Shown piece after piece: positions 46,700 through 60,100 of a stretch of DNA of 64,000 nt (the stretch's first letter is position 1; every line of letters starts with the position of its first letter). The stretch spans positions 256,310,001 to 256,374,000 of the forward strand of contig NC_086097.1 in the NCBI RefSeq assembly GCF_963921235.1. Direction: 5' to 3'. A program made the translations under genes and the position numbers. Origin of the DNA: Mobula hypostoma. Lineage: Eukaryota. A model generated the notes under the pieces. That model was not told where the DNA came from. It saw nothing but the letters and a program-made list of their open reading frames with translations, and did not search any database.

Positions 46700-49600
46700 T
46701 CAGGGCAGCTGTTTCAGGGGTTGAGTTTCAGGGGTTGAGTTTCAGGGCAGGAGTTTCAGGGGTAGGGTTTCAGGGCTGGAGATTATGGGTAGCAGATTCA
46801 GGGCAGGAGTTACAGGGGACCAGTTTCAGGCCTGGTGTTTCAGGGTAGGGGATTCAAGGGAAGGAGTTTCAGGACGGGAGTTTCAGGACAGGATTTTCAG
46901 GGGACGAGTTCCAAGCCAGCAGTTTCAGAGGTCGAGTGTCAAGGCAGGCATTTCAGGGCAGTTGTTACACGGCAGGAGGTTCAGGGGTCAAGTTTCAGGG
47001 CAGGCGATTCAATGGTCGAGCTGCAGGCAGGGGCTTCAGGGCAGGAGTTTCAGAGTAGGAGTTTCAGTGCAGGAGTTTCACGGCAGGCGTTGCAGGGCAG
47101 GAGTTTCAGGCCAGGAGTTTCAAGGCAGGAGATTCAGGACAGCAGATAGGGAATGAGTTTCAAGGATCTAGTATCAGGGCTGGAGTTTCAGGGGTCGAGT
47201 TTCAGGGCAGGAGTTTCAGAGGTCGAGTTTCAGGGCAGCAGTTTCAGGGTTCGAGTATCAGGGAAGGAGTTTCAGGTAAGACGCTTCAGGGCAGGTGGTT
47301 CAGGGCAAGAGATTCAATGGTCGAGCTTCAGGCCTGGAATTTCTGGCTAGAAGTTTCAGGTTAGGAGTTTCAGGGCAGGGGTTTCAGGGTAGGAGTTAGA
47401 CTGCAGGAGTTTCACGGCAGTCGTTTTATTGCAGGAGTGTCAGGTCAGGAGTTTTGGGTGTCGAGTTTCAGGGCAGGAGTTTCAGGGCAAGCGTTTTAGG
47501 GCAGTGTTTCAGGGGACCAGTTTCAGAGCAGGTGTTTCAGGGCAGAGTTTGCGAGCTGGAGTATCAGGAATCGAGTTTCAGGTCTGTATTTTCAGGGGTC
47601 GAATTTCAGGGCAGGAGTTTCCATGGTCGACTTTGAGGGCCGGAGTTTGAGGGCAGCAGGTTCAGTTCAGGAGTATCACGGAATGAGTTTCAATACAGGA
47701 GACTCAGGGCAGAAGTTTCAGGGCTGGTGTATAATGACAGGAGTTTCAAGGGTCAAGTTTCAGGACTGGTGTTTCAACGCAGGAGATTCAGGGCAGGAGT
47801 TTCAGGACAGGAGTTTCAGGGGTTGAGTTTCAGGGCAGCAGTTTCAGGGTTCGAGTATCAGGGAAGGAGTTTCAGGCAAGACGCTTCAGGGCAGGTGGTT
47901 CAGGGCAAGAGTTTCAATGGTCGAGCTTCAGGCCTGGAATTTCTGGGCAGGAGTTTCAGGGTAGGAGTTTCAGGGCAGGAGTTTCAGAGTAGGAATTCAA
48001 GAGTAGGAGTTAGACTGCAGAAGTTTCACAGCAGTCGTTTTATTGCAGGCATGTCAAGTCAGGAATTTTGGGTGTCGAGTTTCAGGGGACCAGTTTCAGG
48101 GCAGGTGTTTCAGGGCAGAGTTTGCGAGGTGGAGTATCAGGGGTCGAGTTTCAGGTCTGTATTTTCAGGGCAGGAGTTTCAGTGTAGGAGTTTCAATGGT
48201 CGACTCTGAGGGCTGGAGTTTGAGGGCAGGAGGTTCAGAGTAGGAGTTTCAGTGCAGGAGTTGCACGGCAGGAGATTCAGGAGTCCAGTTTCAGGGCAGG
48301 AGTATCAGGGAATGAGTTTCAATACAGGAGATTCATGGGAGAAGTTTCAGGGCTGATGTTTAAGGACAGGAGTTTCAGGGGTCGAGTTTCAGGGCTAGTA
48401 TTTCAACGCAGGAGATTCAGGGCAGCAGTTTCAGGACAGGCGTTTCAGTGGTCGATTCCAAGGCAGGAGTTTCAGAGGTCGAGTTTCAGGGCAGGAGTTT
48501 CAGGGTTCGAGTATCAGGGCAGGAGTTTCAGGTAAGACGTTTCAGGGCAGGTGGTTCAGGGCAAGAGATTCAATGGTCGAGCTTCAGGCCTGGAATTTCT
48601 GGGCAGGAGTTTCAGGGGACCCGTTTCAGGGCAGGTGTTTCAGGGCAGGAGCTTCAGAGTAGGAGTTTCAATGCAGGAGTTGCAGGGCAGGAGTTTCAGG
48701 CGTCCAGTTTCAGAGCAGGAGTATCAGGGAAGGAGTTTCAATGCAGGTGATTCAGGGTAGCAGTTTCAGGGCTGGCAGTTAAGGGCAGGAGTTGCAGGGG
48801 TCAAAGTTCTGGGCAGGTGTTTCAGGGCTGGAGTTTCAGGGGTCGAGTTTCAGGGCAGGAGATTGAGGGCAGGATATTCAGGGCAGGAGTTATATGCAGG
48901 AGTTTCAGGTTAGGACTTATAGGGCTGTAATTTAAGTGTAGGAGTTTCAGAGGTCGAGTTTCATGGCAGGCGTTTTTGGTGTCTAGTTACAGGTCAGGGG
49001 TTTCAGGGAAGGAGATTCAGGGCAGGGGTTTCATGGGTCGCGTTTCAATGCAGGAGTTTCAAGTCACGGGTTTTAGGGCATGAATTTCAGTATAGGAGTT
49101 TCAGGGGTCCAGTTTCAAGGCAGGAGTTACAGGGGTCGAGTTTCAAGGCAGGAGTTTCAGGGCAGGAGTTTTAGTGCAGGAGTTTCAAGGCAGGACTTTC
49201 AGTGCAGGAATATCAGGCATGGGTTTCAATGCAGGAGTTTCAGGGCATGAGTTTCAGGGCAGGAATTTCAGTGTACGAGTTTCATGGGTCGAGTTTCAGG
49301 GCAGGAGATTCAATGGTCGTGATTCAGGCCAGGAGTTTCAGTGCAGGAGTTTTGGGGCATGAGTTCCAGGGCAGGAATTTCAGTGTATGAGTTTCCTGGG
49401 TCGAGTTACAGGGCAGGAGTTTCAAGGCAAGGGCTTCAGGGTATGAGGTTCCGAGTAGAAGTTTCATGAGTCGAGTTTCAGGGCAGGAGTTTCAAGGCAG
49501 AAGTTTCAAGGCTGGGGTATCAGGGAAGGAGGTTCAGGGTAGGACTTTCATATATCGAGTTTCAGGGCAGGATTTTCAGAGCAGGAGATTCAAGGCAGGA

Positions 49601-52300
49601 GTTTCAGGGGCGAGTTTCAGCGCAGGAGTTTCAAGGCAGGGGTTTCAGTGCATGAGTTTCAGAGTAGGAGTTTAGGGCACGTGTTTCAGAAATCGTGTTT
49701 CAGTGCAGGAGTTTTAGGGCAGCAGTTACGGGGTTGGTGTTTCAGAGGTTGAGTTTCAGAGCAGGAGATTCAAGGAAGGAGTTTCATTGCAGGGGTTTCA
49801 GGGCAGTTGTTTCAGGGGTTGAGTTTCAGGGCAGGAGTTTCAGGGGTAGGGTTTCAGGGCTGGAGATTATGGGCAGCAGATTCAGGGCAGGAGTTACAGG
49901 GGACCAGTTTCAGGCCTGGTGTTTCAGGGTAGGGGATTCAAGGGAAGGAGTTTCAGGACGGGAGTTTCAGGACAGGATTTTCAGGGGACGAGTTCCAAGC
50001 CAGCAGTTTCAGAGGTCGAGTGTCAAGGCAGGCATTTCAGGGCAGTTGTTACACGGCAGGAGGTTCAGGGGTCAAGTTTCAGGGCAGGCGATTCAATGGT
50101 CGAGCTGCAGGCAGGGGCTTCAGGGCAGGAGTTTCAGAGTAGGAGTTTCAGTGCAGGAGTTTCACGGCAGGCGTTGCAGGGCAGGAGTTTCAGGCCAGGA
50201 GTTTCAAGGCAGGAGATTCAGGACAGCAGATAGGGAATGAGTTTCAAGGATCTAGTATCAGGGCTGGAGTTTCAGGGGTCGAGTTTCAGGGCAGGAGTTT
50301 CAGAGGTCGAGTTTCAGGGCAGCAGTTTCAGGGTTCGAGTATCAGGGAAGGAGTTTCAGGTAAGACGCTTCAGGGCAGGTGGTTCAGGGCAAGAGATTCA
50401 ATGGTCGAGCTTCAGGCCTGGAATTTCTGGCTAGAAGTTTCAGGTTAGGAGTTTCAGGGCAGGGGTTTCAGGGTAGGAGTTAGACTGCAGGAGTTTCACG
50501 GCAGTCGTTTTATTGCAGGAGTGTCAGGTCAGGAGTTTTGGGTGTCGAGTTTCAGGGCAGGAGTTTCAGGGCAAGCGTTTTAGGGCAGTGTTTCAGGGGA
50601 CCAGTTTCAGAGCAGGTGTTTCAGGGCAGAGTTTGCGAGCTGGAGTATCAGGAATCGAGTTTCAGGTCTGTATTTTCAGGGGTCGAATTTCAGGGCAGGA
50701 GTTTCCATGGTCGACTTTGAGGGCCGGAGTTTGAGGGCAGCAGGTTCAGTTCAGGAGTATCACGGAATGAGTTTCAATACAGGAGACTCAGGGCAGAAGT
50801 TTCAGGGCTGGTGTATAATGACAGGAGTTTCAAGGGTCAAGTTTCAGGACTGGTGTTTCAACGCAGGAGATTCAGGGCAGGAGTTTCAGGACAGGAGTTT
50901 CAGGGGTTGAGTTTCAGGGCAGCAGTTTCAGGGTTCGAGTATCAGGGAAGGAGTTTCAGGCAAGACGCTTCAGGGCAGGTGGTTCAGGGCAAGAGTTTCA
51001 ATGGTCGAGCTTCAGGCCTGGAATTTCTGGGCAGGAGTTTCAGGGTAGGAGTTTCAGGGCAGGAGTTTCAGAGTAGGAATTCAAGAGTAGGAGTTAGACT
51101 GCAGAAGTTTCACAGCAGTCGTTTTATTGCAGGCATGTCAAGTCAGGAATTTTGGTTGTCGAGTTTCAGGGGACCAGTTTCAGGGCAGGTGTTTCAGGGC
51201 AGAGTTTGCGAGGTGGAGTATCAGGGGTCGAGTTTCAGGTCTGTATTTTCAGGGCAGGAGTTTCAGTGTAGGAGTTTCAATGGTCGACTCTGAGGGCTGG
51301 AGTTTGAGGGCAGGAGGTTCAGAGTAGGAGTTTCAGTGCAGGAGTTGCACGGCAGGAGATTCAGGAGTCCAGTTTCAGGGCAGGAGTATCACGGAATGAG
51401 TTTCAATACAGGAGATTCATGGGAGAAGTTTCAGGGCTGATGTTTAAGGACAGGAGTATTTCAACGCAGGAGATTCAGGGCAGCAGTTTCAGGACAGGCG
51501 TTTCAGTGGTCGATTCCAAGGCAGGAGTTTCAGAGGTCGAGTTTCAGGGCAGGAGTTTCAGGGTTCGAGTATCAGGGCAGGAGTTTCAGGTAAGACGTTT
51601 CAGGGCAGGTGGTTCAGGGCAAGAGATTCAATGGTCGAGCTTCAGGCCTGGAATTTCTGGGCAGGAGTTTCAGGGGACCCGTTTCAGGGCAGGTGTTTCA
51701 GGGCAGGAGCTTCAGAGTAGGAGTTTCAATGCAGGAGTTGCAGGGCAGGAGTTTCAGGCGTCCAGTTTCAGAGCAGGAGTATCAGGGAAGGAGTTTCAAT
51801 GCAGGTGATTCAGGGTAGCAGTTTCAGGGCTGGCAGTTAAGGGCAGGAGTTGCAGGGGTCAAAGTTCTGGGCAGGTGTTTCAGGGCTGGAGTTTCAGGGG
51901 TCGAGTTTCAGGGCAGGAGATTGAGGGCAGGATATTCAGGGCAGGAGTTATATGCAGGAGTTTCAGGTTAGGACTTATATGGCTGTAATTTAAGTGTAGG
52001 AGTTTCAGAGGTCGAGTTTCATGGCAGGCGTTTTTGGTGTCTAGTTACAGGTCAGGGGTTTCAGGGAAGGAGATTCAGGGCAGGGGTTTCATGGGTCGCG
52101 TTTCAATGCAGGAGTTTCAAGTCACGGGTTTTAGGGCATGAATTTAAGTATAGGAGTTTCAGGGGTCCAGTTTCAAGGCAGGAGTTACAGGGGTCGAGTT
52201 TCAAGGCAGGAGTTTCAGGGCAGGAGTTTTAGTGCAGGAGTTTCAAGGCAGGACTTTCAGTGCAGGAATATCAGGCATGGGTTTCAATGCAGGAGTTTCA
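46700..52300 (+). repeat. Higher-order duplication with a period of about 3,084 bp (approximate boundaries)
   Basis: ORF pairs 46835/49919, 47153/50237, 47429/50513, 47727/50811, 48043/51127 and 48335/51419 are all offset by 3084. Confidence 0.9.
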
Positions 52301-52309
52301 GGGCAGGAA

Positions 52310-55300
52310 TTGGGTCGAGTTTCAGGCAGGAGATTCAATGGTCGAGATTCAGGCCAGGAGTTTCAGTGCAGGAGTTTTGGGGCATGAGTTCCAGGGCAGG
52401 AATTTCAGTGTATGAGTTTCCTGGGTCGAGATTCAGGGCAGGAGTTTCAAGTCACGGGTTTCAGGGCATGAATTTCAGTATAGGAGTTTCAGGGGTCGAG
52501 TTTCAAGGCAGAAGTTACAGGGCAGGAGTTTTAGTGCAGGAGTTTCAAGGCAGGACTTTCAGTGCAGGAATTTCAGGCATGGGTTTCAATGCAGGAGTTT
52601 CAGGGCAGAGTTTGCGAGCTGGAGTATCAGGGGTCGAGTTTCAGGTCTGTATTTTCAGTGGTCGAATTTCAGGGCAGGAGTTTCAGGGTAGGAGATTCAA
52701 TGGTCGAGATTCATTCCAGGAGTTTCAGTGCAGGAGTTTTGGGGCATGAGTTCCAGGGCAGGAATTTCAGTGTATGAGTTTCCTGGGTCGAGTTTCAGGG
52801 CAGGAGTTTCAAGTCACGGGTTTCAGGGCATGAATTTCAGTATAGGAGTTTCAGGGGTCGAGTTTCAAGGCAGGAGATACAGGGGTCGAGTTTCAAGGCA
52901 GGAGTTTCAGGGCAGGAGTTTTAGTGCAGGAGTTTCAAGGCAGGACGTTCAGTGCAGCAATTTCAGGCACGGGTTTCAATGCAGGAGTTTCAGGGCATGA
53001 GTTTCAGGGCAGAGTTTGCGAGCTGGAGTATCAGGGGTCTGTATTTTCAGTGGTCGAATTTCAGGGCAGGAGTTTTAGTGCAGGAGTTTTGGGGCATGAG
53101 TTCCAGGGCAGGAATTTCAGTGTATGAGTTTCCTGGGTCGAGTTTCAGGGCAGGAGTTTCAAGGCAAGGGCTTCAGGGTATGAGGTTCCGAGTAGAAGTT
53201 TCATGAGTCGAGTTTCAGGGCAGGAGTTTCAAGGCAGAAGTTTCAAGGCTGGGGTATCAGGGAAGGAGGTTCAGGGTAGGACTTTCATATATCGAGTTTC
53301 AGGGCAGGATTTTCAGAGCAGGAGATTCAAGGCAGGAGTTTCAGGGGTCGAGTTTCAGCGCAGGAGTTTCAAGGCAGGGGTTTCAGTGCATGAGTTTCAG
53401 AGTAGGAGTTTAGGGCACGTGTTTCAGAAATCGTGTTTCAGTGCAGGAGTTTTAGGGCAGCAGTTACGGGGTTGGTGTTTCAGAGGTTGAGTTTCAGAGC
53501 AGGAGATTCAAGGAAGGAGTTTCATTGCAGGGGTTTCAGGGCAGTTGTTTCAGGGGTTGAGTTTCAGGGCAGGAGTTTCAGGGGTAGGGTTTCAGGGCTG
53601 GAGATTATGGGCAGCAGATTCAGGGCAGGAGTTACAGGGACCAGTTTCAGGCCTGGTGTTTCAGGGCAGGGGATTCAAGGGAAGGATTTTCAGGACAGGA
53701 TTTTCAGGGGACAAGTTCCAAGCAAGCAGTTTCAGAGGTCGAGTGTCAAGGCAGGCATTTCAGGGCAGTTGGTACACGACAGGAGGTTCATGGGTCAAGT
53801 TTCAGGGCAGGCGATTCAATGGTCGAGCTGCAGGCCAGGGGTTTCAGGGCAGGAGTATCAGGACAGGAGTTTCAGAGTAGGAGTTTTAGGGCAGGAGTTT
53901 CAAGGCAGGAGTATCAGTGGACGAGTTTCAGGCCAGGAGTTTCAGAGCAGGAGATTCAGGACAGCAGATAGGGAACGAGTTTCAAGGATCTAGTATCAGG
54001 GCTGGAGATTCATTGGTCGATTCCAAGGCAGGAGTTTCAGAGGTCGAGTTTCAGGGCAGGAGTTTCAGGGTTCGAGTATCAGGGCAGGAGTTTCAGGTAA
54101 GACGTTTCAGGGCAGGTGTTTCAGGGCAGGAGCTTCAGAGTAGGAGTTTCAATGCAGGAGTTGCAGGGCAGGAGTTTCAGGCGTCCAGTTTCAGGGCAGG
54201 AGTATCAGGGAAGGAGTTTCAATGCAGGTGATTCAGGGTAGCAGTTTCAGGGCTGGCAGTTAAGGGCAAGAGTTGCAGGGGTCAAATTTCTGGGCAGGTG
54301 TTTCAGGGCTGGAGTTTCAGGGGTCGAGTTTCAGGGCAGGAGATTGAGGGCAGGATATTCAGGGCAGGAGTTATATGCAGGAGTTTCAGGTTAGGACTTA
54401 TAGGGCTGTAATTTAAGTGTAGGAGTTTCAGAGGTCGAGTTTCATGGCAGGCGTTTTTGGTGTCGAGCTACAGGTCAGGGGTTTCAGGGAAGGAGATTCA
54501 GGGCAGGGGTTTCATGGGTCGCGTTTCAGTGCAGGAGTTTCAAGTCTCGGGTTTCAGGGCATGAATTTCAGTATAGGAGTTTCAGGGGTCGAGTTACAAG
54601 GCAGGAGTTACAGGGGTCGATTTCAAGGCAGGAGTTTCAGGGCAGGAGTTTTAGTGCAGGAGTTTCAAGGCAGGACTTTCAGTGCAGGAATTTCAGGCAT
54701 GGGTTTCAATGCAGGAGTTTCAGGGCAAGAATTGGGTCGAGTTTCAGGGCAGGAGATTCAATGGTCGAGATTCAGGCCAGGAGTTTCAGTGCAGGAGTTT
54801 TGGGGCATGAGTTCCAGGGCAGGAATTTCAGTGTATGAGTTTCCTGGGTCGAGATTCAGGGCAGGAGTTTCAAGTCACGGGTTTCAGGGCATGAATTTCA
54901 GTATAGGAGTTTCAGGGGTCGAGTTTCAAGGCAGAAGTTACAGGGCAGGAGTTTTAGTGCAGGAGTTTCAAGGCAGGACTTTCAGTGCAGGAATTTCAGG
55001 CATGGGTTTCAATGCAGGAGTTTCAGGGCAGAGTTTGCGAGCTGGAGTATCAGGGGTCGAGTTTCAGGTCTGTATTTTCAGTGGTCGAATTTCAGGGCAG
55101 GAGTTTCAGGGTAGGAGATTCAATGGTCGAGATTCATTCCAGGAGTTTCAGTGCAGGAGTTTTGGGGCATGAGTTCCAGGGCAGGAATTTCAGTGTATGA
55201 GTTTCCTGGGTCGAGTTTCAGGGCAGGAGTTTCAAGTCACGGGTTTCAGGGCATGAATTTCAGTATAGGAGTTTCAGGGGTCGAGTTTCAAGGCAGGAGA

Positions 55301-57150
55301 TACAGGGGTCGAGTTTCAAGGCAGGAGTTTCAGGGCAGGAGTTTTAGTGCAGGAGTTTCAAGGCAGGACGTTCAGTGCAGCAATTTCAGGCACGGGTTTC
55401 AATGCAGGAGTTTCAGGGCATGAGTTTCAGGGCAGAGTTTGCGAGCTGGAGTATCAGGGGTCTGTATTTTCAGTGGTCGAATTTCAGGGCAGGAGTTTTA
55501 GTGCAGGAGTTTTGGGGCATGAGTTCCAGGGCAGGAATTTCAGTGTATGAGTTTCCTGGGTCGAGTTTCAGGGCAGGAGTTTCAAGGCAAGGGCTTCAGG
55601 GTATGAGGTTCCGAGTAGAAGTTTCATGAGTCGAGTTTCAGGGCAGGAGTTTCAAGGCAGAAGTTTCAAGGCTGGGGTATCAGGGAAGGAGGTTCAGGGT
55701 AGGACTTTCATATATCGAGTTTCAGGGCAGGATTTTCAGAGCAGGAGATTCAAGGCAGGAGTTTCAGGGGTCGAGTTTCAGCGCAGGAGTTTCAAGGCAG
55801 GGGTTTCAGTGCATGAGTTTCAGAGTAGGAGTTTAGGGCACGTGTTTCAGAAATCGTGTTTCAGTGCAGGAGTTTTAGGGCAGCAGTTACGGGGTTGGTG
55901 TTTCAGAGGTTGAGTTTCAGAGCAGGAGATTCAAGGAAGGAGTTTCATTGCAGGGGTTTCAGGGCAGTTGTTTCAGGGGTTGAGTTTCAGGGCAGGAGTT
56001 TCAGGGGTAGGGTTTCAGGGCTGGAGATTATGGGCAGCAGATTCAGGGCAGGAGTTACAGGGACCAGTTTCAGGCCTGGTGTTTCAGGGCAGGGGATTCA
56101 AGGGAAGGATTTTCAGGACAGGATTTTCAGGGGACAAGTTCCAAGCAAGCAGTTTCAGAGGTCGAGTGTCAAGGCAGGCATTTCAGGGCAGTTGGTACAC
56201 GACAGGAGGTTCATGGGTCAAGTTTCAGGGCAGGCGATTCAATGGTCGAGCTGCAGGCCAGGGGTTTCAGGGCAGGAGTATCAGGACAGGAGTTTCAGAG
56301 TAGGAGTTTTAGGGCAGGAGTTTCAAGGCAGGAGTATCAGTGGACGAGTTTCAGGCCAGGAGTTTCAGAGCAGGAGATTCAGGACAGCAGATAGGGAACG
56401 AGTTTCAAGGATCTAGTATCAGGGCTGGAGATTCATTGGTCGATTCCAAGGCAGGAGTTTCAGAGGTCGAGTTTCAGGGCAGGAGTTTCAGGGTTCGAGT
56501 ATCAGGGCAGGAGTTTCAGGTAAGACGTTTCAGGGCAGGTGTTTCAGGGCAGGAGCTTCAGAGTAGGAGTTTCAATGCAGGAGTTGCAGGGCAGGAGTTT
56601 CAGGCGTCCAGTTTCAGTATCAGGGAAGGAGTTTCAATGCAGGTGATTCAGGGTAGCAGTTTCAGGGCTGGCAGTTAAGGGCAAGAGTTGCAGGGGTCAA
56701 ATTTCTGGGCAGGTGTTTCAGGGCTGGAGTTTCAGGGGTCGAGTTTCAGGGCAGGAGATTGAGGGCAGGATATTCAGGGCAGGAGTTATATGCAGGAGTT
56801 TCAGGTTAGGACTTATAGGGCTGTAATTTAAGTGTAGGAGTTTCAGAGGTCGAGTTTCATGGCAGGCGTTTTTGGTGTCGAGCTACAGGTCAGGGGTTTC
56901 AGGGAAGGAGATTCAGGGCAGGGGTTTCATGGGTCGCGTTTCAGTGCAGGAGTTTCAAGTCTCGGGTTTCAGGGCATGAATTTCAGTATAGGAGTTTCAG
57001 GGGTCGAGTTACAAGGCAGGAGTTACAGGGGTCGATTTCAAGGCAGGAGTTTCAGGGCAGGAGTTTTAGTGCAGGAGTTTCAAGGCAGGACTTTCAGTGC
57101 AGGAATTTCAGGCATGGGTTTCAATGCAGGAGTTTTAGGGCAGGAATTGG
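52310..57150 (+). repeat. Higher-order tandem duplication with a period of about 2,423 bp (approximate boundaries)
   Basis: ORF pairs 52562/54985, 52728/55151, 53203/55626, 53433/55856 and 53917/56340 are all offset by 2423. Confidence 0.9.
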
Positions 57151-60100
57151 GTCGAGTTTCAGGGCAGGAGATTCAATGGTCGAGATTCAGGCCAGGAGTT
57201 TCAGTGCAGGAGATTCAATGGTCGAGATTCAGGCCAGGAGTTTCAGTGCAGGAGTTTTGGGGCATGAGTTCCAGGGCAGGAATTTCAGTGTATGAGTTTC
57301 CTGGGTCGAGTTTCAGGGCAGGAGTTTCAAGTCACGGGTTTCAGGGCATGAATTTCAGTATAGGAGTTTCAGGGGTCGAGTTTCTAGGCAGAAGTTACAG
57401 GGGTCGAGGTTCAAGGCAGGAGTTTCAGGGCAGGACTTTCAGTGCAGGAATTTCAGGCATGGGTTTCAATGCAGGAGTTTCAGGGCATGAGTTTCAGGGC
57501 AGAGTTTGCGAGCTGGAGTATCAGGGGTCGAGTTTCAGGTCTGTATTTTCAGTGGTCGAATTTCAGGGCAGGAGTTTCAGGGTAGGAGATTCAATGGTCG
57601 AGATTCATTCCAGGAGTTTCAGTGCAGGAGTTTTGGGGCATGAGTTCCAGGGCAGGAATTTCAGTGTATGAGTTTCCTGGGTCGAGTTTCAGGGCAGGGG
57701 TTTCAAGTCACGGGTTTCAGGGCAAGAATTTCAGTATAGGAGTTTCAGGGGTCGAGTTTCAAGGCAGGAGTTACAGGGGTCGAGTTTCAAGGCAGGAGTT
57801 TCAGGGCAGGAGTTTTAGTGCAGGAGTTTCAAGGCAGGACTTTCAGTGCAGCAATTTCAGGCATGGGTTTCAATGCAGGAGTTTCAGGGCATGAGTTTTA
57901 GGGCAGAGTTTGCGAGCTGGAGTATAAGGGGTCTGTATTTTCAGGGGTCGAATTTCAGGGCAGGAGTTTCAGTGCAGGAGTTTTGGGGCATGAGTTCCAG
58001 GGCAGGAGTTTCAAGGCAAGGGCTTCAGGGTATGAGGTTCCGAGTAGAAGTTTCATGAGTCGAGTTTCAGGGCAGGAGTTTCAAGGCAGAAGTTTCAAGG
58101 CTGGGGTATCAGGGAAGGAGGTTCAGGGTAGGACTTTCATATATCGAGTTTCAGGGCAGGATTTTCAGAGCAGGAGATTCAAGGCAGGAGTTTCAGGGGC
58201 GAGTTTCAGCGCAGGAGTTTCAAGGCAGGGGTTTCAGTGCATGAGTTTCAGAGTAGGAGTTTAGGGCACGTGTTTCAGAAATCGTGTTTCAGTGCAGGAG
58301 TTTTAGGGCAGCAGTTACGGGGTTGGTGTTTCAGAGGTTGAGTTTCAGAGCAGGAGATTCAAGGAAGGAGTTTCATTGCAGGGGTTTCAGGGCAGTTGTT
58401 TCAGGGGTTGAGTTTCAGGGCAGGAGTTTCAGGGGTAGGGTTTCAGGGCTGGAGATTATGGGCAGCAGATTCAGGGCAGGAGTTACAGGGGACCAGTTTC
58501 AGGCCTGGTGTTTCAGGGCAGGGGATTCAAGGGAAGGATTTTCAGGACAGGATTTTCAGGGGTCCAGTTCCAAGCAAGCAGTTTCAGAGGTCGAGTGTCA
58601 AGGCAGGCATTTCAGGGCAGTTGGTACACGACAAGAGGTTCATGGGTCAAGTTTCAGGGCAGGCGATTCAATGGTCGAGCTGCGGGCCAGGGATTTCAGG
58701 GCAGGAGTATCAGGACAGGAGTTTCAGAGTAGGAGTTTTAGGGCAGGAGTTTCAAGGCAGAAGTTTCAAGGCTGGTGTATCAGGGAAGGAGGTTCAGGGT
58801 AGGACTTTAAGATATCGAGTATCAGGGTAGGATTTTCAGAGCAGGAGATTCAAGGCAGGAGTTTCAGGGGTCTAGTTTCAGCACAGGAGTTTCAAGGCAG
58901 GGGTTTCAGTGCATGAGTTTCAGAGTAGGAGTTTAGGGCACGTCTTTCAGAAATCGTGTTTCAGTGCGGGAGTTTTAGGGCAGCAGTTACGGGGTTGGTG
59001 TTTCAGAGGTTGAGTTTCCGAGCAGGAGATTCAAGGAAGGAGTTTCTTTGCAGGGTTTTCAGGGCAGCTGTTTCAGGGGTTGAGTTTCAGGGGTTGAGTT
59101 TCAGGGCAGGAGTTTCAGTGGTAGGGTTTCAGGGCTGGAGATTATGGGCAGCAGATTCAGGGCAGGAGTTACAGGGGACCAGTTTCAGGCCTGGTGTTTC
59201 AGGGTAGGGGATTCAAGGGAAGGAGTTTCAGGACAGGAGTTTCAGGACAGGATTTTCAGGGGATGAGTTCCAAGCCAGCAGTTTCAGAGGTCGAGTGTCA
59301 AGGCAGGCATTTCAGGGCAGTTGTTACACGGCAGGAGGTTCAGGGGTCAAGTTTCAGGGCAGGCGATTCAATGGTCGAGCTGCAGGCAGGGGCTTCAGGG
59401 CAGGAGTATCAGGACAGGAGTTTCAGAGTAGGAGTTTCAGTGCAGGAGTTTCACGGCAGGCGTTGCAGGGCAGGAGTTTCAGGCCAGGAGTTTCTGAGCA
59501 GGAGATTCAGGACAGCAGATAGGGAACGAGTTTCAAGGATCTAGTATCAGGGCTGGAGTTTCAGGGGTCGAGTTTCAGAGCAGGAGTTTCAGAGGTCGAG
59601 TTTCAGGGCAGCAGTTTCAGGGTTCGAGTATCAGGGAAGGAGTTTCAGGTAAGACGCTTCAGGCAGGTGGTTCAGGGCAAGAGATTCAATGGTCGAGCTT
59701 CAGGCCTGGAATTTCTGGCTAGAAGTTTCAGGTTAGGAGTTTCAGGGCAGGGGTTTCAGAGTAGGAGTTAGACTGCAGGAGTTTCACGGCAGTCGTTTTA
59801 TTGCAGGAGTGTCAGGTCAGGAGTTTTGGGTGTCGAGTTTCAGGGCAGGAGTTTCAGAGCAAGCGTTTCAGGGCAGTGATTCAGGGGACCAGTTTCAAGG
59901 CAGGTGTTTCAGGGCAGAGATTGCGAGCTGGAGTATCAGGAGTCGAGTTTCAGGTCTGTATTTTCAGGGGTCGAATTTCAGGGCAGGAGTTTCCATGGTC
60001 GACTTTGAGGGCCGGAGTTTGAGGGCAGCAGGTTCAGTTCAGGAGTATGACGGAATGAGTTTCAATACAGGAGACTCAGGGCAGAAATTTCAGGGCTGGT